The notes beneath the pieces are model-generated. The model ran no database searches, was not told the DNA's origin, and was given only the letters and a program-made list of their open reading frames with translations. Below are positions 55,144 to 64,000 of a stretch of 64,000 nt of DNA, in pieces (position 1 is the first letter of the stretch; every line of letters begins with the position of its first letter). The DNA is taken from positions 868,001-932,000 of the forward strand of contig JAQGDQ010000010.1 in the NCBI GenBank assembly GCA_030141605.1, written 5' to 3'. Both the position numbers and the translations under genes were made by a program. Origin of the DNA: Tubiluchus corallicola. Its lineage: Eukaryota > Animalia > Priapulida.

Positions 55144-58108
55144 AACTCTACGAAAAATTGTTTTAATTTGACCTGTCAGCTCAGAACTCTGATAAATTAT
55201 AAAAAGTATCTTCATTTCTTCTTATACATTACAATAACCCAGCAATTGTCCTTTTAGTTAGAACAAGAAAGCAAAGACAGGTTTATCTTAAAGGTTTTTA
55301 TTAATCGCGACATTAAAATTTTAATAGCTTCAAAGTCCTTGTATTTTTGTACGCACATTCTTGCTCGTAACTTTCTGCTGCTATAAACCGCCGAAAATTA
55401 TAACTATGAAGTCAGCCTGCTTCTATTTTAAGTTCTCATTTAAATTGCTAGAGGCAAAACTGTTTCTGTCTCTTTGTTTGACCCTCTCGCTTAGACTGAA
55501 ATTGCGATGAATTGATAGTTAAGGTTGAATTTAAAATTGACCAAACTACTGCAATGGCAAAAAATAGCTAGTTGCTAGCTACTAGTTTCCTATAGCTGCT
55601 AAGACTTTCAAGACATTTGAGTTACCATTGACAATTTTAAAAGTAGTTGACGCTGTTTATTTTTATAGGTAACTAAAATTGTTTACCTTACATTTATGTG
55701 TTCTGTTGGTTGCTACTTTTAAAATAAAGCCACCGTAAAACTATTGCTTAATTATATTTAATAATAAAGGTGAATTAACTAAAGCGATTTGATATTGTAA
55801 AAACGATAAGCCGTCTATAAAAGAGCAACATTGTAACAATTAGCCTGTCACTAAAATAGAATAAGTTAGGGTAATGTAACTTCTGTATTTTGGAGTTAGG
55901 TTATAATGGGTTAGGTTGAACTAGACCGCTACCCTATCTTCATCAAATTAATAAGAAACATTGTTAATCACTGGTTACATATTCTGTGTGAAACCGTAGA
56001 TAGTTACGTTTATCAGTCATACGAAGAAAATGAACTTATGGCTAGCAGTACGCACTGTTGGTCTAGTTTTGTAAAAGAAATATTACACGCATATGGCTTC
56101 AATCATATTTGGGGTAATAATTCATCCAATCCATCTCAGGAAATTGGATGAAAACATAAAAAATGATTATATACAATTGTGGAAAAATGAAATGTATGAC
56201 GATAACAAAATTGATGGTCAAAATAAACTATGAACATACGGAACTTTTAAAACGCAGTATCAATTAGAAATTATTCGATTGTTGGACTCAATAAATTTTC
56301 TGCAAATACACTAAACTTAAAATCCATTTGCAATACAATGAAAATGGGAGATATCATAAATCAACAAAAAAATCCTGTATATAGTCTCGTATCTGTACAC
56401 TTTGTGATACTGATGAAATTTAAGATGAGCTGCGCTTAGTAACAAGATGTCCTTTTTACAATGACTTGAGAGTTATATTTTATAGTAAAGTAGCATCAGT
56501 TGTACCAGAATTTAGCGATATTAATGATAATGATAAACTTGTTTTTCTCGTTAGTAGTAATGATACAGAAATTGTAAAACTGGTTATATATTTTGCCCAA
56601 AAAGGCATTCCATAGACATGATACTTGATAATGAATGTCCCATATCTCTATTAGCTAAATATTGTTTGAGTCTCTGCTTTTATTTACTAATGCGCTAATA
56701 TCGCGCAGAAACAACTAACTAATACAAGCAACTGTTTTTTTTTAATTTGCTGTTTATGTAAGCGTGTATGCTTTCTCACTAGAATGAGACTCCAGTCTCA
56801 TACATTGAAAATTAAGACAGTATATGGAGTCGCCAACCGGTGGAAAACAGACTGTGTGAATGTGGTGCTGTCCAAACTGAAGAGCATGTTTTAACCACTT
56901 GCCCAAAGACGGAAAATCTTAGAAATGAGTGCACGAGCGTAAATTTTAACTAATATTGTCGACGTATTTGAAAAATGAACACACATTTAAAATTTGCTAT
57001 GATGTATTAAAGTTGTTAGTAACGTTATTTTGAGTCTAGGCCACTGTCTTTTGTCAAGCTAAAATTAAGTTTCATAAAATTTCTACCAGTACATTTGCAA
57101 ACTTGTTATCAACAGTACTGTATTTCTTTTAAGACAATAATGTATAAGCATAGAATTGGTGCACTGAACTGTATAGCACATTGCATTTATTTTATCTTTG
57201 TTGTTCTCGATGTGTGATTTTGGCAATGTATTTTTGGACTATAGTTTATTTTCTGATTACCCAATATTATAGTGTATTTGTTTCGAATAATATAGTAAAT
57301 AAACTAACTAACTATGTAGCTTGTATGAAAGAGCTCTCCCGAGACTTGCCATTTTGACGTAAAAACGTTGAATGTACGTGTACTCTCAAAACTATTATTT
57401 TTATTTCTTTCACCCTAGTGGGCTCATCAGCTGCGTAAACTGTGCTGCTAACCTGAGACTCTCCGAGAGTCTATCCCACTCTCAGGTTAGCACCACAGTT
57501 TGATGAAGTCCATTAGGATGAGTTTCTGTAAGAAATAAAAATACTTATTTTAAGAGAAATAAATAATTTTAAGACTACAAGGACATACAACGTTTTTATG
57601 ATATTTGTTCTGTGTATTTTAGTGTCAGTATATTTCATTGTTGAGATTGTAATTGTTTTGTAATCTATTACACATGTATTTGTTTGAAGGCTTAAATAAA
57701 TGTGAAATGTTAAGTATGAGAAATATCATGCGAATATCGGTTAGCAAGTTATTTCAAGTGTGTTCCGTGATACTTTTATGAGCTTCTTCTTTCCGTTAAA
57801 ATCTAAACCTGAAAACTATGAAAAAAAAATCCTTGAAAGATGCCTGAGGAAATGTCTATCACTGAACACGAACTCTTTTTAGATGTCAGTCAACTGATCA
57901 TGCACTATTATTAGCTTTGACAGGATTTCGTGACATTCGCACGCACCCCTTAATTGCCTTTTGAATATCATTCCTCATCCCGATTTGCCCTTTCACCTAC
58001 AGATGCTTGCATGACAAAACTCAAACCAGACTAGAATAAGCTCGCTTGTCACAAGCAAGCTTTCTAGGATATTGATTCTAAATAAACTGCTACAAGTCTC
58101 AACTCTCT

Positions 58109-58161
<53 letters not shown>

Positions 58162-58584
58162 CTCTCTTTTGCTTTCATCGTTCAATATTCGCTCTAGGCA
58201 ATTTCATTCATTTACCTACTGATCCTGATCCTAATCCATACTGTTTACCTCATCGGGAGAGAATGTATGTAAAGCCAAACATGGCTGTACATATCAGTTG
58301 AGACACTTTATCAGTTCAGCGGCTCAACTTTACAGAAGTTGCCCTTGATAGTGAGCCAGGTTCGATCACTCCACAAACATCGACTTGAATGGGCCTTGTC
58401 TTTTAAAGGTTTGCAAGTGCACCGAAATGTATAAAAAGTAAGCTTTAAATAACAATTTTTCATGCTTACCACCAATAAAGCCATCAGTTAAAAATGGTAG
58501 AACCTGTTGAACAGCAGGTGAAACCTGGCTTCTCACTACACCGAGTACTGTTGCACAGAGCACAATGACAGATAAAAACTTCAT
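44513..58584 (-). CDS. Paralogue D: secreted protein with unrecognised Cys-rich N-terminal region and C-terminal VWA domain, 12 coding exons, 610 aa
   Basis: Exons: 58584-58470, 53990-53851, 53228-53162, 52116-51904, 50190-49993, 49377-49285, 48621-48524, 47597-47420, 46923-46685, 46444-46267, 45387-45229, 44667-44513 (TAG). GT-AG, phases as in B and C; total 1833 nt. Signal peptide MKFLSVIVLCATVLGVVRS. VWA motifs VDLVLVIDSSGS, RLGVVTFS, KGSTAT, MVITDGFS. Minus-strand AATAAA at 44462-44467. Confidence 0.9.
44962..45062. mobile_element. Short palindromic MITE (Harbinger-like), related to 53544-53643
   Basis: ACAAGCCGTCGCTAAGTTA is inverted with TAATTTAGTGACGGCTTGT; the internal TCG(T/C)TATTAATA...TAATAACGAC is shared with the 53.5-kb copy. 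Confidence 0.5.
46149..46210. repeat. ~30-bp tandem duplication
   Basis: ATCCGTTTATATATTCTAATCCGTTTAAAT twice. Confidence 0.8.
47107..47402. repeat. Compound (GACT)n + (GAAT)n microsatellite
   Basis: Begins about 18 nt inside the donor of exon 8 of paralogue D. Confidence 0.95.
50489..50570 (+). mobile_element. tRNA-derived SINE head
   Basis: A-box-like TGGCCGAGTG (50497-50506) and B-box-like GAGTTCGAGGC (50538-50548); no intact cloverleaf. Confidence 0.45.
51555..51635. repeat. (GA)n microsatellite
   Basis: Dinucleotide run. Confidence 0.95.
52186..52290. repeat. (TG)n/(TA)n microsatellite
   Basis: Dinucleotide runs. Confidence 0.9.
53544..53643. mobile_element. Short MITE with Harbinger-like termini
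   Basis: CTG GACCCAGTTTGACAAAG ... GTGAAACCGGGCCC CAG: imperfect inverted ends with CWG flanks. Confidence 0.5.
54210..54317. repeat. 50-bp-arm inverted repeat (hairpin) with 8-nt loop
   Basis: Arms 54210-54259 and 54268-54317 match at 43/50. Confidence 0.85.
55059..55140. repeat. (CT)n microsatellite
   Basis: Perfect dinucleotide run. Confidence 0.95.
55950..56625 (+). mobile_element. Decayed LINE 3' fragment with zinc-knuckle remnant
   Basis: Remnant frames YGFNHIWG, NKL*TYGTFKTQYQLE and RICTLCDTDEI*DELRLVTRCPFYNDLR. Confidence 0.65.
56750..57310 (+). mobile_element. Second decayed LINE 3' fragment
   Basis: RMRLQSHTLKIKT...CGAVQTEEHVLTTCPKTENLR remnant; ends AATAAA CTAACTAACTA at ~57300. 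Confidence 0.55.
57360..57598. mobile_element. Foldback/MITE-like palindromic element
   Basis: Outer arms TAAAAACGTTGAATGT / ACATACAACGTTTTTA; inner arms AAACTGTGCTGCTAACCTGAGA / TCTCAGGTTAGCACCACAGTTT (21/22). Confidence 0.7.
58103..58166. repeat. (CT)n microsatellite
   Basis: Dinucleotide run. Confidence 0.95.
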
Positions 58585-58874
58585 CCTGCAAACATATAAA
58601 AAAATACATCAACAATTATTTGCTTGCTTCGTCGTTTAAGTTGTACATCTGTTAGTCCTTACGTGTGTTTATTTGTTTATTTATTCGTTTGTTTGTTTAT
58701 GGGTATGTTTGTTTGTTCGATTGTGTATTGCCAGCATACGCAAGCAATTAAACGACTTAAGTCCTTGCATTTAAGGTTGAGATTTAAATGACAATAATTA
58801 CAAGACAAATTTCAAAGCGCAAAAACAAAAAAGAGAAAAATTAAATTTAGGCCTGAATATGAGCGATGTTAGCT

Positions 58875-58892
58875 ATTATTGTTATTGTTATC

Positions 58893-58941
<49 letters not shown>
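58875..58941. repeat. (ATT)n microsatellite
   Basis: Trinucleotide run. Confidence 0.9.
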
Positions 58942-58942
<1 letters not shown>

Positions 58943-59046
58943 ATAACTATCATTATAATTACAAGTATTACTATTTTAAATGGTAAAATTGAAAAACTTT
59001 ATAGTGATAATTAAGGTAGTTAATGGTTTTTGATTAGGCCACCTAC

Positions 59047-59163
59047 CTGTTGTATTTTGCCACCAACCCTGTGCTCTGACTTGCAACCTTTCTAACAAGA
59101 TGTGCTACACTATAAGGGCCTGCAATAAGCTGCGCTCCCAATTTATTAGCCTTTACTTTTATA
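59047..59163 (-). promoter_or_regulatory. Putative TATA box and non-coding first exon of paralogue D
   Basis: TATAAAAG at 59163-59156; donor AACAG|gtaggt at 59047, the same AACAG|gtagg junction as in paralogue B. Confidence 0.45.
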
Positions 59164-59822
59164 CGGCGCCACCTCGACAAGAGTTTAAGGCTCAGTAGAT
59201 TGCGACGGATACAAATTCATCATCGCCGTCTGTCATAAATAACAGTTTTTATGTTTTTAATCAAGGTCAGAGTCAGATATCAAAATGCCGGTCACATATT
59301 ATTCTTAAAAAAAGATCTGTACTAACGTCAGAATTTGTAGTTACAATGAATTTACAACGGGCAGTACTGTATATTAATGTTAAGTTGACCCTGGCGATGT
59401 TGAAAACAGAAAATTTATGGTGTTGTCCATGACTATGGGTACAATGTGAGAATAAGTGTTATTCTGCGTCATTAGAAATAATGCATATAATAATATACCC
59501 TTTACCAAATTGTTGACATTAATTTATGGACTCGTTTTCACAGACAATGTCTAGTTCATGTACATTTTAGGTGTTCATATGTAAACTTTAGGTGTTCATA
59601 TGTAAACTGTTGTAAACTTTTACATTTTCCTGTTGGTCTTTCGATTTTTGAGTAGGCTTATACCTAATTGTTGTCATCAAGTCGCAGAAGTAGAGCTGCA
59701 AAACTTCGAGCATATTCGTAATTTTATTATAAAGTGCTTTCAATCAAAAGTTATTTACAACAAATACATGGAAGATGTCCTTCTTTGTTTGGGTTTATCT
59801 GTCGAATAAATTTGAATTTTAA

Positions 59823-59960
59823 CGAGACGGTTTATTCTAGTGGTAACGCATCCGTGTCTGGGAGGTCGTGACTTCGATACAGCGGTCAGGACGTTCCAAA
59901 GACTGAAAAATGGTACCTGTCGTTACCCTGCTTGGCCCGTGGTATTTAGGGTAAAACCGG
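59823..59960 (+). mobile_element. tRNA-derived SINE with conserved-core-like segment
   Basis: Decayed A box (TTCTAGTGGTAA) and B box (GACTTCGATAC), followed by CCAAAGACTGAAAAATGGTACC...CCTGCTTGGC. From memory this resembles the Meta-type SINE central domain; unverified. Confidence 0.5.
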
Positions 59961-60068
59961 AGCCGTAATAGTCTCTGTTATGTAGTTGTAGATTTGTTAT
60001 TTCCATTCGGTAAAAAGCTTTTTGAACTAATGTTAATAGTTTATCCAAAAACCGACTTTAAATAAAGA

Positions 60069-60101
60069 TTATTATTATTGTTGCTGTTGTTGTTGTTGTT
60101 G

Positions 60102-60165
<64 letters not shown>

Positions 60166-60190
60166 CATTAATATTATTAATATTATTATG
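60069..60190. repeat. (GTT)n/(ATT)n microsatellite
   Basis: Trinucleotide runs. Confidence 0.95.
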
Positions 60191-61879
60191 CGCCAGGCAT
60201 AGTCAAGTGATAACCATGGTTATGCTGGCGGGTTTAGATCTAAATTCATTCAAATCTTGTTTACTGACTGCGAGAATAAATGACGCTTCGTTCTTGCTTG
60301 TGCAATTATAATGAGCCCTTACCACAAAGATGAGTTATAAAGACGAGTTTGGTGGAGATTGTTGACCAAGTTTGTGAGGTACATATTCGTGATTTTAATG
60401 AGGACCTTGTGGGCCTTTGGCAAGAAAAAGCGACATTCGAAATTTTACATGCCTTTAAAGAAATCACGCATTAATAGCTCATCAGTGAGTTATTATTTGA
60501 ATCAATCATTTCTATAAATGCACCGATGTCTGTCATGTATGTTCACTCCGATGTACCATGTCAACGGTACATGCATAGTAGACATTCATAGAATTGTAAT
60601 GCTTTTGTGAGTGACGAATAGTTCTTTTTTTTACTCAGTGCTGAGAGAGGACATCATTGTTACTATCATCGGCGCAAGCATTATCAGCAACATAGCAACA
60701 TCGATAGTGACAGTGACTCTGACAACGACAATGACAACATAGACGACGACGACAACAACAACATCACCATCACTCCTATCGTCATCATCATCACCAACAA
60801 CAACAACAACAACGACGACAACACAGTCACTGACAAATTTCTGTGACTAATGCATCGTCCATACTTTGATTGTATTTGTTTGTATATTTGTTTTGTTTGT
60901 TTGTCGTTTGTTAGTTAGTTTGTTTGTTTGATTGATTGCATGCTTGTCTGTCTGCTTCCATGATTCCTAGCACTCGCCAGCGTGAGTGTGGATCGATTAA
61001 TCCATCTGTCCGGCTGCCGTCCGTCCATCCAAAAGCGAGCTCTTTCATTCATTTCTTCGTCTTTAGTCGTTTGGTTTCCAATTCATTTGTTCATGATTCT
61101 CTCCCGGCGCTTGTTAGTTATTATTTATTCTGACTGGAGTTTATCGATATGCAAAGTACTTGTCGGTGTTTTATCACGCACCTTATTAAAATACCTAAAG
61201 CTATTTATCATGTGTCCATGTTAAAAGCACACAGGCCGTACCAAGGTCACTACGCCCTATATTTGCCGTTAGCCCTGGGCAAAGGCCTCATGCCGACGCG
61301 ATGGAAGTTAAAAAGCATGATATGTTTAACAATCATACCAAACAGCGGAACAAATGAGATGCCGCGCTGTTATCGTTGTGCTCAGTTGCCGTGTTCAATT
61401 CCGTTTCCGTGGCCGTTGTTCAAACTTATGCAATTTATTGAGCCAGCGCCTTTGCTAATTCGATAAATTTGCCCTTTACCAACTAGGTGTTAATAAATTT
61501 TGCACATTTCTGCAAACGCTACATCTTAAAAGCGCTTATACAAAATTTTATCAAATGCATTAAATATTTTGAATAACAAAAGCTGAACAGTTTGAGAAAC
61601 GAAATTGTTATTATGTGTACGATAAGCTTTGTTTTCAACAGGATAAACTGTGTGACAGACATATTGCAATAAGGTATATAATTATATTTCTCAATAAATA
61701 AGCTTGTTTGAAATAAATTGTAGCTAATTTTTACGAGCATCGTATGGCGCGAGGCAAGTCGAAAAAACCATCGACCTGTTCACTAAACAGTTCGAGTCGG
61801 ACACGATGTTGTAAAACTAAAAACCGTTTCTCATAACAGCTGGAAAATAGTAACATTCTTGAGAAATTCACTTTTTTCT

Positions 61880-62131
61880 TATAGCTATCATTGTGCTTGT
61901 AAGTTTATTATATTATAAATGCATTTGAGTTTTCTTCGAAATCTACCTTTTTATATTACTTTATAGCTATCATTTTTTTGTGTTGTTTTGTTTGGTTTGT
62001 TTTTGTTATCATTGTGCTTGTAAGTTTATTATATTATAAATGCATTTGAGTTTTCTTCGAAATCTACCTTTTTATATTACTTTACAGCTATCATTCCATT
62101 TGTAAGTGTATGCATTATAAATGCATTTGAG
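61880..62131. repeat. Three imperfect copies of a ~80-bp unit
   Basis: (GC)TATCATT...TTGTAAGT...ATTATAAATGCATTTGAG recurs at ~61884, ~62007 and ~62087. Confidence 0.8.
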
Positions 62132-62249
62132 CTGAAATTGTTTTCTTGAATGCCATCAACAAGGTGACATCTCGAAATCTAAAGACAATGCCTTATAAGA
62201 AGATCCGGCCTAAATCGATAGAGTCAATAAAATGATAATATCATGGTAA

Positions 62250-62392
62250 TGGGTGATGATGATAATGATTCTACAATGATGAACGAAAGTGCCAGTATGA
62301 CGAAAATGATGTTGATGATGATGAAGACGATGACGACGACGAGGACGATAATGAAAACAATGATATCAGTGATGTCGATGCTGGTGGTGATC
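62250..62392. repeat. Degenerate (GAT/GAC)n repeat
   Basis: Low-complexity triplets downstream of the Tyr-rich gene. Confidence 0.75.
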
Positions 62393-62650
62393 TAATTTAC
62401 GTAACTGAAGCTGGTGGATGACAATGAATTGATCATTATGAGAGCGGATTAATTCCTATAGTAGCCGATAAAAGCAAGAAAAATTTAAATTATTGCAATA
62501 TTTTATTGATAAAATTAAGAAATAATAAAAATGATTAGAAAATGGCCTTTATAACGTCACAATTGCTCTACACGTGTAGGACGCTGGTTACCGCCTTATA
62601 ATCGATTAATCACCATGTCATCTTCATTGAATTACTGAATTAAAGCAGAC

Positions 62651-63484
62651 TTAATATGGTTGAGAATAGGAAACCTTTGGAGCTGGTGCATGGTACCCTT
62701 TACTACGTGGTTTCCCATAGTGCAGCTTCGGCGCAGGAACCTTAACTGCTTCATAGCTAAATTCTGGATATTTTTGGAACTTGTAACTTCCGCCTGCTTT
62801 TCCGTATCCTTCACCATGGGCGCCTTGAGAGAATTGGTGTTCACCCTTCTGGGTAGCATGTCTATTCGCTCCAAAATCTATTCCTGCGTCTCCCTGCCCC
62901 TTGCCTTCCCTGTCCTCTTGAGAACTATGGTGCGTGCGAGCCACTCCCAAACGGTACTTTTGTCCTACCACACCCGGGCGAATGCGGGGCCGCGATCCTT
63001 TAGGCGCAGCTCTGTCAGCATCAGCGCGTGCGTAATTGAAACCAAATCCCTCCACATCAACATATTCAGCGCCCATGTTTTTCATTCTTTTGAAGCCAAA
63101 GCTTTCCCCGTTTATGTTTTCGCCAAAATTGTTAATAAAGCTTTGATCAACGTTTCTGCTATATGATGACCTGCCATATGATTTGGGTGGGTAGCTTGAT
63201 TCGTATTTGAGCTCGTAACTAGGCTCGTAGCTTGGTTGATATTTTGGCTCATAACTTGGCTCATATTTGGGCTCGTATGTTGGTTCGTATTCATAATTCT
63301 GGCTGTAGCTTGGCTGGTATCCATAGTCTAATTCATAGCTGTCGTCACTGTAGGTAGATGGGTATGAGCCATACGCTGGCTTGTACGATGGCTCGTATAC
63401 CTTATAGGACGGCTGATCGTACTGACCAAAAGTCACAGCTACGCAGATACAGAAATATGCTGCACAGATCAACAGCAATCTCAT
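62651..63484 (-). CDS. Secreted Tyr/Pro/Ser-rich low-complexity repetitive protein, 277 aa, single coding exon
   Basis: Long ORF. The ATG at 63484 lies 7 nt after a strong acceptor (ttttttcag|attaacaATG). Hydrophobic signal peptide MRLLLICAAYFCICVAVTFG, then Y-(E/Q)-P-(S/K/T) repeats, then a Gly/Arg/Lys/His-rich C-terminal half. Minus-strand AATAAA at about 62502-62507. Confidence 0.9.
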   Translation of the reverse strand: MRLLLICAAYFCICVAVTFGQYDQPSYKVYEPSYKPAYGSYPSTYSDDSYELDYGYQPSYSQNYEYEPTYEPKYEPSYEPKYQPSYEPSYELKYESSYPPKSYGRSSYSRNVDQSFINNFGENINGESFGFKRMKNMGAEYVDVEGFGFNYARADADRAAPKGSRPRIRPGVVGQKYRLGVARTHHSSQEDREGKGQGDAGIDFGANRHATQKGEHQFSQGAHGEGYGKAGGSYKFQKYPEFSYEAVKVPAPKLHYGKPRSKGYHAPAPKVSYSQPY

Positions 63485-64000
63485 TGTTAATCTGAAAAAA
63501 GAAAGTTTAAATTGTACTAACATTTGAACATAAACTTGCAGCAAAACAAGTTTATGCGTTCTGGTTCATTTATTTACTGATTCATGATTTAGCTTGTTAC
63601 TTAGCAGATTCAAATACGTACAAAGTAACGACCAACAGTAAAAGACCTACACGGTAAAAATAACTGCGACAAATGACGTTTTTGGAAAGCTCCGAGGTAG
63701 TCCTTTTTAATTATAGGGGTACTGGTAAACACTTACTGTATCAATACACAATTATACAAATGTAAATATATGATCGATAAATTTTACAGTACTGCCAGTC
63801 TGCCACGCATAAGTTTCAATAAGTAAAAACCGAGCTAGAAGATACAGTTCTGTTAAAACTACTAAGAACCCATTTCATATTTTTATGAAACAGCAGCGTT
63901 AAATGTTCCAGCATATATTTTCTAAGTATCGCAGAAGAAGTAGTCGCAGCATTGACAAAAAGCCAGATTCGGTTAGACTGATCAAGCGATTTTGCAATCT

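Noticed and set aside
61880-62131. Repeat-spacer-like arrangement (CRISPR-like)
   Set aside because: Eukaryotic context, only three long imperfect units, no unique regular spacers and no cas genes; an ordinary local duplication.
62660-63166. Plus-strand ORFs overlapping real exons (also 8590-8919, 10155-10496, 32746-33102, 45237-45581, 51921-52298)
   Set aside because: Antisense shadows of minus-strand coding sequence; no independent splice structure or motifs.

Overview
AT-rich, intron-containing eukaryotic (animal-like) genomic DNA. Manual splicing of the minus strand reveals a head-to-tail tandem array of four paralogues. Three are complete, with 12 coding exons each: CDS 8231-22161 (606 aa), 30434-40397 (621 aa) and 44513-58584 (610 aa). 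A fourth contributes only its first two coding exons (303-1376) and runs off the left edge. Each complete gene encodes a secreted protein: signal peptide, a ~390-aa cysteine-patterned region I do not recognise, and one C-terminal von Willebrand factor A (VWA) domain with an intact MIDAS. Intron positions and phases are identical across paralogues. Directly upstream on the same strand is a single-coding-exon gene (62651-63484) for a secreted Tyr/Pro/Ser-rich repetitive protein whose mature part has no Cys. Together these may form an extracellular structural or adhesive gene cluster; that is inference. An 89-bp near-identical tract shared by two otherwise diverged paralogues suggests gene conversion and carries an extra cysteine. 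The rest is a decayed near-full-length LINE in an intron, several LINE 3' fragments, SINE and MITE-like palindromes, a TTAGGG-like patch and many microsatellites. All gene models come from reading the sequence; no database searches were run.
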